NCBI GenBank assembly: GCA_963924565.1
Contig: OZ004607.1
Location: 32,178,001-32,242,000, forward strand
Reading direction: 5' to 3'
Length of the DNA stretch: 64,000 bases
From: Ascidiella aspersa
Taxonomy: Eukaryota
The position numbers and the translations under genes were made by a program. The notes under the pieces are model-generated. The model saw nothing but the letters and a program-made list of their open reading frames with translations, was not told where the DNA came from and did not search any database. The stretch's first letter is position 1; each line of letters begins with the position of its first letter. Positions 1 through 14,000 of this stretch are shown in pieces.

Positions 1-559
1 CTTGACCTGAATTTAAGTTACAAACTACTTGGATTAAAATTAAATGTATTTATTTAACATTTTTTACGTAAAATCGGGTAATTTGTCTCAATTGTTGCTT
101 GTAAAACAATTACCTTGTTATATGTTGTTTTTTTTGTAATTATTTAGTTAAAGGTATTTCTCTTATTCGGGCGAATTTACTCATTTTAGAAATTTAACGT
201 TTTATTTTTAATATAAAGTTTAATATTAATTACTTGAATTGCTCTTATAAAGACTTTGACTGGGTCTTGAGTCATATAAAAATTACTTGTTTACAACACT
301 GCTAACAGCAGAATGTTATAAAAAACATTGTCATAAAAAAGTCAGATAAAATTAGCTATACAGATTTCTTTAAGGGAAAATCATAACAACGTCAACAAAG
401 TCATTATTTTAAGTTAAATTAAAAAAGGCAGTTTAAGGTAAAATTTTTTAGGTTGTTTCAGTTCAAAATAACCGATGTAAAATAACAATCTTGCACTGCA
501 TGCTGTCGAAATAAAACACTAGCGTTTTTTCGAGTTTTGTCCATCTTAACTTTATACAA

Positions 560-791
560 CAGTGGTTCTCAACCGCCGGTCCGCGGCAACTTTTCTGCCG
601 GTCCGCAAATATATTAAATTTTTTTTTTCAAGTCTTAAACTTTATGACCATGTATGTGAAAGCTAAGAAGAGTTTTAGTTGCATACTGTTGTTAAATTTT
701 GGGTTGATTTTGATTCTTGGAGGTCCACCGGTCCGCAAAATTTGTTTTGAAATTTTACCGGTCCGCATGCTAAAAAGGTTGAGAAACACTG
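560..791. mobile_element. hAT-type MITE (CAGTGGTTCTCAACC termini)
   Basis: TIRs cagtggttctcaacc / ggttgagaaacactg; subterminal ccggtccgc repeats; degenerate 8-bp TSD ttatacaa/ctatataa. Confidence 0.8.
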
Positions 792-814
792 CTATATAAC
801 CTTTTTCTCCCCAG

Positions 815-2371
815 CGCCCAAAGCTGTACGTTCGTCAGTCCCAGCAACAACGTTCAGCTGATGCCGCGTGAACCAACCACTGCTAGGTCGCTTAGCGAAG
901 ACGTTACTATTAGCAGACAGATCATTTTCGAGAGCGTTGGGGTCCGCAGCCTTTCGCTGGACATAGTGGCCAACACCAGCACTGGCAACAACCTGTCCTC
1001 GGTACATTGGAAGAAGCCCGTTCGGCCTGCCCGCTGCATTCGCAAGGTATACCGCTTCGCGCTTTCCTATCAAGCCCGCTTATGATTAAGAATAAAACTA
1101 AAATTATCTTTCGGACACGGTGGTAAGGGAACACACAATAATACTCAAAAACCAGAAATATCTAAAAAATATTAATCTATAAAATCATAGCATTAAGATC
1201 AACGAAATAATAAAGCCAAGTGCGCAATGATATCCAGTACAGAATAAAATCGAAATCGTCTAAATGAGACCTAACTCTGCCGGAATACGTCCTAAATTCA
1301 ATGGATTACGGACGAAAAAGCTAAAAAAAAAGTGCTGTTTAGGCCTGATTTTGACCATTTGCGTCTTATTCCGACTTGTTCAGGATCATTTGCGTCTTAT
1401 TCCGACTTGTTCAGGACTTATTCCGATTTAGACGGTACTACGACCATTAGGTATTGTCCTATTTTGGTCTTATTTCAAACTGTGTTTTATTACGTTGATT
1501 TGTGTTGAAGTAAAAGATGTGTTATGTTTTGTAGACTTTTTTTTCCACTGTTTTGTCATAATCATTGCCACAACTATTGCATAATATCGATTTTCTAAAC
1601 AAAAATATGTCATCTCGGCAAGGACGTATAGTCGTATATGGTAGGCCTAATTTAATTAGAATTGTCATTCTTGGTGACCGATTCGAAAAGAATCGATTTA
1701 TCAAACTGTTGAGTACAATAAAAACAGTATTAAATTGTTGCTTTCTTTAATTTTTTGATAAACATTTTTAAATGTTTAAGAAGATAGTTAATAGATGTGT
1801 AGAGAGACACGAAACAATAAAATTAAAAAAATCATTGCTATTTTCAGTTACTTAAATTCCTGTTGTACTTGTTTATTGAAATCAGTTAATATATTTTTTG
1901 CTCTATGTATTTACTTTATTCTCTTGGGTATAGTAGCTAACAGCATTTGTAACGGGCAATGCGCTAAGGTCGGTCATACCTGCTTAACCTCCCGCACGCC
2001 ATCCTGCCAAAACAAAATACCTTAAAGCACCCAGGATAAATTACCTAGCCAAATATGCGAACAACAACGTGTCTTTCCAGGTCTACCCGGAACCGTTCTG
2101 TTCGGAGCAAGTCGAGATTTCCGGCTTTCCCAAGCCCATTCAACCGCAGCTCACTGATGAAATGACCATCGCCGCCTCACCTCGACCCACTCTCGCCAAG
2201 CTGGTATCGTCCCTCAGCTCCGTACATTTCGGCTTACAACGCGAGAGAAATTACGCCGGGCAGAACGATCGCAGCGGGGGTTCGAACCCGGGACCTCGGC
2301 AGGAGATTACGATGTGCAAGTCGGTGCAGTTCGAGCTGCCGTCGGTTTCATCGCCTACGATGGAAATGTGA
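815..2371 (+). CDS. Last two coding exons of an unidentified gene that begins upstream of the window
   Basis: Exon 815-1046 (ctttttctccccag| ... aag|gtatac) joins in phase 0 to exon 2081-2371 (gtctttccag|, stop TGA): ...WKKPVRPARCIRK|VYPEPFCSEQ...SPTMEM*. Both are GC-rich islands in AT-rich DNA. No family recognised. Confidence 0.7.
1356..1426 (+). repeat. 31-bp tandem repeat (2 copies plus a partial copy)
   Basis: catttgcgtcttattccgacttgttcagga twice, then cttattccga. Confidence 0.85.
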
Positions 2372-4448
2372 ACATGTTTTCCCATTGCGAAGAACAGTTT
2401 CGTTGATATAAACAAGAGGCAACTATGTAGGGTTTATAGTATGACTTTTACCCATTTCATTCCTTTGAAGGAATGCTTCACAAACGTCTCAGTTTCTAAT
2501 CCCTATCAATTTACAAAGGGTTTCATTCCTTTCTAAATTTGTCAGCTTTCAACAGTTATAAATTCCTGAAATTTCGTTTGACAAACAGAAACATCTCTAC
2601 TTGTATAGGTACGCCCCTGCAGAGTCGCGACCCCCTGTTTATAGTAATCCCTGATGCTTTTAAGCATGGCAATTTTATACGTAACCTCCATGGGGGGTTC
2701 TTAACCAATGCTCTGATTGATGTTATACTTGTTAAGAACATCGGTAGCGTTAATCAACGGTGATTGTGAGTTAGCGAAACGCTGAATAATAATTTTATGA
2801 CTGCATTGACAGAATAGTTCCAACATTAAAATTAAAATCTTTATCCGTTGTTACATATCATACATTTTCAAAGTGCATAATGAAAAAATTCAACTGCGGA
2901 AACAATGTCATGGGAGGCATACATACTGCTTTCAAATTATATTTTGTCACTAAAGTCCTTTTTTCTACGCGTTTTCTAAAGATAGATTGGTTGTAAGTAA
3001 TTGATTATCAATTTATTGTGATTCGTCTCGGTATGGAATATAATATATATTATATGTATACCGCCTAGTCGATATATAGGCATTTCATTTTCTTAAGACT
3101 GCTTATAAAAACTGGTATAAAGCATGTCTTTTCGTAAAATTTCACAAGAAACTGATTGACTTAAGTTACTTTTCAAATGACTTGACTTGAACTTAAGTTG
3201 TTTTACGAATGACTTGATTGGGAATGACTGGGAAATCATATTAAAATTGCTAGTTTACAACACTGATTTCAACAGTGCATCCAGGCTAACTGAAGAAGTT
3301 CAACTCTGGAAAATGACATCACGGGAGACAAATATATTGCTTTTAAGTTATAATGCGTTTCGTGTCTATAAAGCGTCTTTCTGGAAAATTTAGTTGTAAA
3401 CCTTTCTTATTTTATTTACTGGCGTTCTTTTTTTCGTATTTGTGTTGTGTCTCGGTATGGTGCAAAAATACAGATTTTGTGAGAATTATTGTATTTTTTC
3501 TTAGAAATACATTGCCAACAATAATTTTGTGATCAGGTAATGTATCGCGGATTTAGGTTCGCTAATTTAGGAAAGAAGTCGGCGCACGTAAGCAACTCCC
3601 AAGGTTACATTTATACGTTCCAAACAGTACTTTGCTACTTTAACAGTTAATTCCAACTTAACACTATAATGAGGACACGCACGCAAAACTTGTACACTCC
3701 TGACTTTATAAGCATTCCGCTAATGGTGTGTTCGGTAAAGATGAGAATTTGTGAAGTGTTTACTTAAAATTGATTCTAAATTTCTAGTTTAAAGTGAATG
3801 TTTACGCTGCTGTGGCGAAAGCTCAGTTTTGGCTGGCGACTGTATTAACAGGAAACGGCGCTTATGTCGAAACAGCATCGAGTTCAACACGATTCAGAGG
3901 TTCTCCTTCAACAAATAAACTCCCACTGCCGAAATCTGTTCAGCTTGGCCGTAACTCTGATAACGTCGTCGCTTTGCGAGTACAGCCGAGGGAGTATGAG
4001 ACTCGCGGCTAGGATGTATGCATGTTTACGATATATTTCTGGAGGCCTGCTCGTTTCAGCTGAAGCACCAGGCGTAGGCTGTTAAACGTGAAGAGCGTAT
4101 TTGAAACTGGCTCCGCTGCTTTCGAGACTCCCCCTTTTTCCTGCGCGTTACTGCGGCAGCGAAAGGATAACATTGCGCCGGCCTTGCTACAACACAAATT
4201 AACTCTTTACAACGTCGCTGCCGCGAAACGATGTCAGGGCGCATTTGAAGTCTGCGCGCAGAAAAAGGAGATCGTCGAAAACTCTCGGCTAAAGCCGTAA
4301 AACTCGAGGAGTCGTCTTAATTTCGCGGACCCGAGCCGCCAGAACACACTCCTTCCGTGAACCGTCGGAGAGATTTTATGTTCGTGTGGTTTCCAGCGGC
4401 AAAGTGGCAGCAAGGTTAGAGCGCAAGCTTCAGCAAACAGCCGAGCGA

Positions 4449-4990
4449 ATGTGGGAGCCAATCGAAGGCCGACCGCAGATGTGCCCAGCTCCCGGTAATG
4501 GCTCCGATTGGCAGCAACAGCAGCAGCTTCAAGAAGATGCAGGCGCCGGCATGACTCCCGAAAAGGCGCAAACCTCCGACGCCGGCCTGACTTGCGATCC
4601 ATGGGGCGGCGCGGAGCGGCAGTCGGACAGAGGGGGGTATGAGAACCAAGTCGCTGCCAAATCGAATACCGGGAATTCGTCGTCACAGCAACAGGAGTAC
4701 GAGTCGCTTGTCTCCGTAGTAAATTCGCATGATTACGCCGCAGCGTCCGTGGCCGACTACGGGCCTGCATACGCCCCGGCGCCCGCGCAGAGTTGCGGCG
4801 CCAACCCCTTCGACAACGGAAGCTTATACCCAGCAGCAGTCAACATTGGCATCAGCAGCAACAGAAGCGGCGAAACAGACGGAAGTCGCACTTCTGCGGC
4901 AGTCACCTCTTTCGGAAGCTCCTCCTATCGTTGGCAAGGTGCGGTTGGGACTGCTTGCTACGACGGCTGTGCAACTGAAGGCGATCTTTC

Positions 4991-5037
<47 letters not shown>

Positions 5038-8000
5038 GAGAGCAACGCCCGCTTTTTTCCAACTTCCAGAGCTGGACTTCCGACAATGCTTTGCCTCCTC
5101 CCAGCATTTCCGCGCCCGCTCCCGTTGCCGGCGGCTATCACCCACCTGCGTTAGACGAGAACAGCCGCTGGTTGAGTTCGTTCGGCTTCGTGAGCCAGTG
5201 GCCGACTGCTGGCGAAGAATTTGCCTCGATTGGCGATTCCACTTGGCTCGCGGGCGACAAACCGCCGACCAGGTACCTGGAAATCACGGGCGGTCAAGCG
5301 ACGGACGATTTCGCGGGCTCCGAGGCAGCTGAAATGGCGTCAAGAGACAGTTCCGAGCAGGTTTCCGACTTCCAGCAGTCGTCGCTTAAAAGCGGAGGCG
5401 AGGAACAGTCGAAAACCGATAACGCCGGTCAAAGTGCTGAGCAGTGCGAGTTTTTCGGCTCGATAAATGAAGACGGTGAGAATCCAGCGTCTTCTTCAAT
5501 GGCTGGTGGCGGCTCTGCTTACGAGTCCCCGTCCACTACCGAAGGTGATCCGACAACACGATCCCCGGTGCCACCCATCAACGTGCGAATCCAGACCATC
5601 ACAAACTACCACATCCAGTACGGGCCGCCCTTTCCAATGCTGTCCTCGAACTGGTTATTTCCGGCTGGTGCCGGTTCCGGTCAGGCCCGTTACCCGACTG
5701 CCGAGTATCCGACAGAGAACCTTCCAAACCCTCAAGTGCCGGTGACAACTGAAAATGTCGCAGCACCAGGAACACAACAGAATGAGGGCCAATCCGCCAA
5801 TCACTTTTCGCCAGCTCCTACACCTGCAGTTAAGCACGAGCTGCCAGCCAGCAACGTATACGGACCGTCTGCCGAAAACTTCGATTTCGCAGGTAAAGTT
5901 TGCCCGCTCTAAAACTATTTTGTCGCTTAGCTAAATTTGCCGAAACCGGATTATTGGTAGTTTTTGTTTAAGATCTTTAACGGATTGGTAAATATTCTAA
6001 TCTTATTTGTGTTCTGCTATATACCCGAAGTTTGATGTCATCTTAGTTTTAAAGTTCTGGCCTTTACAATATAATTCTCCTGTACTTTTTTTCATAAAAT
6101 TAAACGAATTTGGTCGAGTATACCAGTTGGAGATTATGTTTTTGTACTTTTATTTTTTAGTCATTTAAAAAAAATACAAGACAGGCGTTTTCAATAGTGA
6201 AATTTCTGACTGTAAATTTTTCGTCTCGCCGTTACATCAATTGGTTCAGTTGTTTAGATTAAAACGTTCAATAAATTCATGGCCAAGGCATTCAGCAATC
6301 CCAAGGCGGGCCTGGCGTGGGTGGTCTTGCGCAAATATTTATCGCCTGTCGCGAATTGGCTGTCGTAAGTATATGATCGGTCGTTACCCTAATTGTACAG
6401 CAGTGCCCAATCGAATTCTCCACCGTCCGGTCTGCAGGTCACAGCACTATTCAACGAGATTTCTGAAACCTTTGGGATATTATTACGTGTGCGTTATTTT
6501 AAGTTTAAAAGTTCGGATATAGTGACAATTGCTGGTGGCCTAGGTGAAGAGATATAACTCGCAGGCCTGGTTTATTCAGCATTGCACCGCTTGTATGGAA
6601 ATCTTAGGTAGGATAATTTTGGTAGGCCTTCTTAAAGGAATCCAGTTTGGTTTATTCTAACGGCGTTACTGTTGGTCATTACGACCTTTTAATGGCTACA
6701 TCACAAATATGTTTTATGTTAGTAAATCTTTTGTTAGGGTGGCAATTATTTTTTTGTATGTTAAAGGCTGGTAAAACTCATTGGAGTAATTAATACACTC
6801 TTTTGATGTTGAGAGGAGTTGTTCGAAACTGGTTTACACGAATCCAGAGGGTCCGTAAGGAAGTTTCAGGGTATTTTCGCAACATCTTTTGCCTATAAAT
6901 TATGTTACCAAAGTTTACATTCTTTCATTGCGCTTTAATATTGATATAATTCATTTGGCAACTTGGGTACAATCATTTATTTAAGAGTGATTGTTGTACA
7001 GCAATTTTTAATTTTCCTCGTGCTAAATATCATGGTGTTCTCTATGATTCCAAGAAATAAAAAAGGGCCAACCAGTTAAAAAAGTTAGACATAGACTGAA
7101 AATAGACCTATTGGTTTTAGGATGGAATTTTAGCACCGTTCCATCTTCATTATGTACGTGTTGCGTGTAAGAACAAGATCTATAGTTTTATAAAATAAAT
7201 GGATTAAATAAAACGCGTTCGCGTAATTAAACAGCCGTCTGACAAAACGTGACCTACCCGCAGCTCATTTCGCCCAGCAAGAAGACCGCACAGCGAGAGA
7301 CGAACGTGACTGCCAGTCGACATACACGCGCCATTTTGTTTTGTCTCGCGGGTTTGATGAATGGGCGAAGCCAGAAGAAACTCGAATCTGCAAATTATTA
7401 TTACACTCGAGTAATTGATCATATTCGGCACGACCGGTGACGGGTGGGATGTTCACCGGCGGACGCATTTCATGGTGAAAACCTAGGTTGGCCACAGCGT
7501 GCTGGCTCTTTTCACAGCGTCCCGTCGAGAGCCGCTTCCACGTTCGACATGCTGAAACAAATGTTGTGCCGTTTTAGGATGACGGTGGCCAAGTGCAAAG
7601 GAATTTCTGACAAGTCGCGAACAGTTTCTGCATCTTGCTTGCCACCCACCGCCCAATTGAGTTTCAGTCTATTTCAGCCACAATTATTTGGCTCGCAATG
7701 TTTGTCCAAAAGTTTGTCGCTCCGCAATGATATACTGATATTATTGAGGCGGCAGAATATAGTGATATCATAGAAACGGCAGAATGTGCGATATTTTAGG
7801 TAAAACCCCTGGCATCAATCTTTGGCGGCCCAAACTTTGAAAATGCAAATTGAACATTTTCTAATTTCGGTTTGAATAGAGTTTGCTGATTTTTTATTGC
7901 GCCACTTAAAATAAGTGAAATATAATTGGTGTCCGAAATATTTATTTCCCTGTCCATTTGTTGTTGTAGATGTGTGTCTTTGCAGGAACTGTAGCGAACG

Positions 8001-11000
8001 CTATCGAAAATATTTAACCAAGTCATTTACAGTCTGTGACATAACCGTATGAAACGGTTACCCATTTTCTTGTTTTAGTTCTGTAAACAAGTGATGTTAC
8101 TAAAACTGAAGTCCTTGTCGTTTAAATTGCATAATAATTAAAGTCCGTCCAAGTGATCTGCTGCCTCAATCACTTTCATAACAAGTTGTATCCAAGTCAA
8201 TGACAAAAAATAAACCGTTATACTGTTCAATTTGCTAAACTCGCCCGATTAATACAACATGCAACAATTAACAAGCAAATTGTATTACTTCGAAGTTGAC
8301 AAAAACATAGGAAAATACAAATTTTTGAATCTTTTGTACAAACGCTTGAGTCAAAGTCAGGTCATTTGCCCTTACGACTTAATCGCAAAGTTAAGTTGAC
8401 TGCCCCAAAGACTTTGGTCAAGTCAAGTTTAGTAATTTAAAAACACTGACTCAAGTACACTAAGTCATTATAACCAACCTTAGTACACATAAGTCGTTAC
8501 AAATGACGTAAGGGAACTATAGGTTATAAGAAGTGAATTAAGTGTGGTAAGCAGGGCGATAATTTAATCTTTTCTTAGCGGAACAATAAAAAGTTTCTTG
8601 ACGATACGCACGATTTTTTTAGAGGTGACGTCATAAGTCATAACATCATAACAGGAAGTTTAAAAAAGTAACCTTTCGAACAGAGGTTATCCTTCGATGC
8701 AGTGCACAAATGCGCAACTGAAATCTTAGTTTAAATACATTCAAGTAGAGAGCGGGATGGCCTGGTAAAATACGGACAAATGTCGGACATGGCTCGATAG
8801 AAAATAACATTTTTGTACCAGTACGGCGTACCTACAAAACTAATTTTACGTTCAGGCTTACTTTCACTACTGATGGTAAGCCGTTATTTTGTGCAGAAAA
8901 CATCTGCTGCATTTTACATGAAACACATATGCTTTAACTAACGTGTTTGCTGTCCAGGTCCAGGTTCAATGAAACAGGCTGAAACGCCAGTCGTACAGCA
9001 ACAGCAGTCGTCTTTTCCGACAAAGTTCAACTCACCTAAACAACAACCGATTGAAACATCTTACTATTCCGTAACGGAGTCCGAAGAGGTGGATTTTATC
9101 TTCGTTTTATTACTTATATGATATGTTCTATCTTGAATTGGCAATAATTCCGAAAATATAAATCGCCTGGGTTAAAGCGTAAATAATTTTGAGGAAAGTT
9201 GAATTCCATGCTTTGTTATTTTTGGAGACTATATAAGCAACTACAACGCAATATACTTTTTCCATGGAAAAGTTTTAGGCATCAAGATGGGGGTAATTAC
9301 TATAAGCACCATTGTAACAAGCTACTGTTGAAGCCATGGTACTTTTCAGTGATTTAAGAGTAATATTTTAGATATAGACGTGTTAAAATTTTCCATGATC
9401 CTACTTTATCCTTGACGTTGGTATCTTAAATTATTATTATATGAAATATGATATAGAAATACCTATAATTTACTATTGAGTTTTGTGTGTTTTGAATTTA
9501 GATAATTATAGTCGATATATAATTTGATTTACGAAAAATATTGTTATCATAATATATGATGCCAAATTTCAATGATTTCATTCGCCAAAATGTTGCTGTT
9601 TTACTATTCGCTGATTTTTTTAAAGAAAGATGTGGACTTTTAGTATGTCTTGTTTTACAAACTTAGCGTCTTTAATGACCCTATTTGCATTAAACATCTT
9701 ATCGAAGCTTTTGCTGCATTAAAACATTTGTAGGCAGCAATCAGTCAAAGTTAAACCCTAATTAACTTGTCAACAAAAAACAAAATAAGGACACATTCTA
9801 CATAAATGTGCTACCAAGGGGTGATTTAAATAAAAGGACATAATGGCGGTCTCTAAAGTCGCGCTTTGTGTTAGAAATGGAATAAATAAAATTATGTTGT
9901 ATAATATTCTAAATTGAGGAAAAACTAATGAACTGGGTCTGAACTGGAAGTAATACAGGATAGAGTGATAATTGTAACTTGATAAAGTTGTAAATGCTAC
10001 GAAGCGATCGATCTTTTTAAGGCTATGAATTAAACAAGCCACTTTTCTCTCGTTCCAGAATGCGATACATGGGTCTCAGGCAAACCAATTTCGAAAGCCG
10101 GGAGTCTTTTCGGCTGCAGCGTCAGCTAACGCCAGCCGACCAGCAAACAACTCCTTTTGTCCTGATAGCGACTGGTGGGTTGTCCAATTTGTGCTGTTTG
10201 TTCGGTATTGCTAAATTTACTCCGGCTTTATTGCTGGAAATGATAACCAAGTACAGGAAACTAAACATGTGACGTAGCCTAGATATCTAAGGCCCAGCTA
10301 AAATGCATTATGTTTTTTTTACAATGTTTAATCTATCAATCCTATTGTCATTTGTAATCAGTTGTAAATTTTTGACTATTTAAACTTATTAATTTGATAT
10401 ATAAAACGTTGAATAGTAGTTTGTCGTATTTAAAATCTTTTTGAATCCTAATATCTACGCTTTTCAAATACCCGTCCTGCTGAACGCAGACCTATACTTT
10501 TTTGGGCTGAAACGGTTAACTTTAAAGTACTGTTTTTCAACCCGTCGAATTATTAAAACAAAATTGTGCTATTTCGGGGGTTGTTTTTAACTAAAACACA
10601 TTATTTGTTTCTTTTTCCTTCATGGCTGAAAATCCTATCAGGTTTATGTTAACTTTGACAACATTGTTCGCTGGCCTAAAATTGATAAACAGCCGACCAA
10701 GTAAAACGCGAAGCAGCATTTTTCTAATACGCTCTGAAAATTACTCCAAAGTTCTAAACTGTAGCATTAAACAGTATCAAATTAAAACATAATACATTGG
10801 TTTCACGGTCTCTCCCAAGATTTTTATAGGGGAGTCGCCAACTGAGCCTGTAACACCTTTTACCGTTTCTTAGAACTTTCGCTATTTTATTCCTTACTTT
10901 ATTACTCGGAAAATATTGTTAAATTATAAAACAGTAGCTCTCAACCGAAGTTTGTCCAAAGTTAAAATGTAAACTAAAGTTAAACTTCAAATTTTAAACT

Positions 11001-14000
11001 CTAAAGTTCGGTAAATGTTTATTGTTTTTCGATTTCCATTCCAATTGAAAGCAATTTTCTCTTGAAAAAAAAAATCTGTTCAAAAGTACCCAAGTCATAT
11101 GCGAGAGGTGTTCAACCTCAAGCATAATAACTTCGCTTTTGTGCTGTACCACCAGCAAGCAGTGCAGCCAAAAATAACAAACAACATTATAGGACATAAC
11201 GTTGCAGGTTGCCATCACCAAAAAAATACAGTCAAGATAATGGGAACACATTTATTAGAAAAAATAACAATAAACTTGCAATGACCAGGTCTACAGCCTG
11301 CGGCAGAAAATACGAACCAAACGGGAACGGACAGTATCCCGGTTCTGAAGTGGTCAGCGGCGACCGGGCAACACCTGGCCCATCCGGCCCATGGCCTACC
11401 GGCGCCGGAATGCCCAGACAGCAGCCCGCTCTCCCCTACTGTCCAAATGGTGCCAACATGGTGCACCCGGCGCCGCAGTTGGCCATGATCCAGTACCACC
11501 ATCACCACCACCACCACCCGGCGTCATGGTTCCACGCGGACGCCTACTCACGGCGCCAGGCAGGCCTGCACTTCGACAACCTCGTGTCCAACCTGGGCGA
11601 TCCCGTGCCGGATACGAAACATCTCGCGACCAGCCTGGTCCCTGTCGTTCCGGAAAAATCAGAATTGAAAAAGTCCACTCGGCGTGAGTTGACAGTTTGT
11701 ATTAGCATTGTAATGTGTAATAAGAAAAATACCTTTGGTATTGAATTGCAAAGCCAAAAAGGTCGAGTAGATCGACATCATCGTGGTTAACGACTGAATA
11801 TGTGCATAGTGAAACCTCTACAATACCCTTTTGGCTTTGCAATTCAAAACCAAAGTTTCACTATTCGCACTTTTAATCGTTAATCAACATGATGTCGATC
11901 TATTCGACCTTTTCGGCTTTGCAGTTGAATACCAATGTAAAATTATTTTGATATATAACTCCCCTGTTGTGCTAGTTTGATTTGGAATGGTATATGCATC
12001 GATTTCTGGCGTTTCTAGTTGCACCTCACCCCTAAAATAAATTCTGTAATAAACAGGATAAATAAAAACCTATAGCGGGCCACTTTGTAAAACCTTTTCT
12101 TCTACTGTTAAACAACTAGGTTTTTAATAACATTTCGACGAGGTTATGTGCATCGTAACCAGTGTTCCCTCTAAGGTTGGCAACTGCGCAATTGCGCAGT
12201 CACACCAGACAAACTGCGCAGTAAAATTTGCTTTTGCGCACTTACATCATCCTCAAATTAAAAATCAAATATCTTCAGTTTTGCCAAAACTGTTTGAGCT
12301 TTTCGCATTGCCCTTTTTAAGTTGATGTTTGTAGCTAAAAGCAAGTAAACAAATCAAATCCGTATTGACGATTGTGACGTAATAAATTACTTTGTCTAAA
12401 TCGGTTTTCATCATTAAATGTTTACTCAGGAAAACCAAGCTTACAGAAAAAATGAGTTTAGAAAAGTGCAGAACGCAGCAGTGGAGTGTTTCACCATAAT
12501 TCGGAATCATAAATCCGAAATGCATTTTTTAGGACAAATTTTTTTAACACAATTGCAGTTTTTACACTATTTCCATACAGATACAGCTGTGGGGTCAATA
12601 ATGGCCCTCACAAATTGACAAAATCATCTTATTAAATGCAAATGAGCGAATAGTTGGAGATTCTTGATTGTGCGCTAAAGGCATCACGCATCCGATTTTT
12701 GAAAATTAGACATTTTGTCAATTGAACCCAAATATTCGTATATTTTTTCACGCAACTGCTTTGTTACCATATTCTTGAACATATTTAACTTGATTGTAGT
12801 TGCACATACAAGATTATTGTGAATATTTGTTTCATGACATCACGCTTTGTGGCGTCAACTTTAAAATTTTCACGCCTCGCCCTAATACAAAAAAACGTTT
12901 ATCTAGCGCGGGCCCTGCCAGCGCAGCCTTAAAATATTTTTGCGCAGTACAAAAAATATTTGCGCAGTAGAAAATTTTCTTACAGGGAACACTGATCGTA
13001 ACAGCCCAAGTGGTCAAACTTCCCTATTTATAGAAACCGTCCAGTTTACAAGGCAGGATCTTTTTTTAACACAACGGTTAAAAAAGAACACGACTCGATT
13101 TGGGAGTCGGTTAGTTTTAAGAAGCCATGTAGACTGTCCAATGTTCATTGTAAAAAAAGGCATAAACGCACAAGAATCGAAGCCTGAGCTGTGACTGTAA
13201 AATCTCTGCATTTACTCTGCGTCAAATACAATTGGTTCAACTAGCAGTTTCTTACGTGGAAAAGTTCAACCAGTTCTGTGTATTATACATCACCCATATA
13301 GGCGTCGCAAACAAACAAATCTAAAAGCCAAGCGCCAGCACTGTTCGCCTTGCTCATTTTACCGCCTTTTTATGACAGGAAATGGAAGCAGCAGTAGCAG
13401 CTCCTGCCGTAAACGCTACTCTGAGAGAAAGGGCCAAGACGAAAAGAAGTTCAAGTGCACCTACGGCAACCAGGATTCGGTCTGCAACAAACGCTTCGCC
13501 AAAGAACAGGAGCTGCAGGTTCACATCAACAAGCAGCATCTCAGTAAGGACGCTTTGTCTTTTCAAATTCCTTAACCAAAGTAGGTGACTGGAAAAGTAG
13601 GCCACTGGATCTTACAAAAGTGTCAAAAGTCTACCTGAAAAGGTAGTATGTAGACCAGAGGTGGGCAGCCTATATGGCCCGCGGGCCTGAACCAGCTAAT
13701 TAATTATCCTGCCCGACCTGTCTTACAAACTGGGCACAAGGCCATTTCTCATATATTTTGATTATTTCACCAGGTTAAAGCATTTTTCAAACTTGGCGCA
13801 TGTAGTTAGATCCCTTTTTAATTGCAAAATACCCCTAGTTTTACCCTGATTAACAGTCGTCGCGGTTGGTATAATTAGATGCGTAAAGTCTACAAGATTT
13901 ACCGGCCCGCAAAGACCTTTCTGAGTTTGATTTTGTTGCTTTTAATACATAACCGCTCGCCACTGCACAAAATGCCTTTCTGCCTTAAAATATAATTGGT

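Noticed and set aside
1356-1426. 31-bp repeats as a CRISPR array
   Set aside because: Head-to-tail with no spacers, no cas genes, eukaryotic context.
2272-2298. tRNA/SINE B-box-like GAGGTCCCGGGTTCGAACCC on the minus strand
   Set aside because: No A box or cloverleaf found, and it lies within a phase-consistent coding exon on the + strand.
4234-5145. Minus-strand and off-frame ORFs (178 aa, 105 aa, polyL/polyA/polyS)
   Set aside because: Shadow frames of the GC-rich first exon and its CAG tract.
7200-7770. Cluster of short ORFs in a GC-richer patch of WT1-like intron 1
   Set aside because: No phase-compatible splice pair or recognisable protein found; could be an enhancer, but sequence alone cannot support that.
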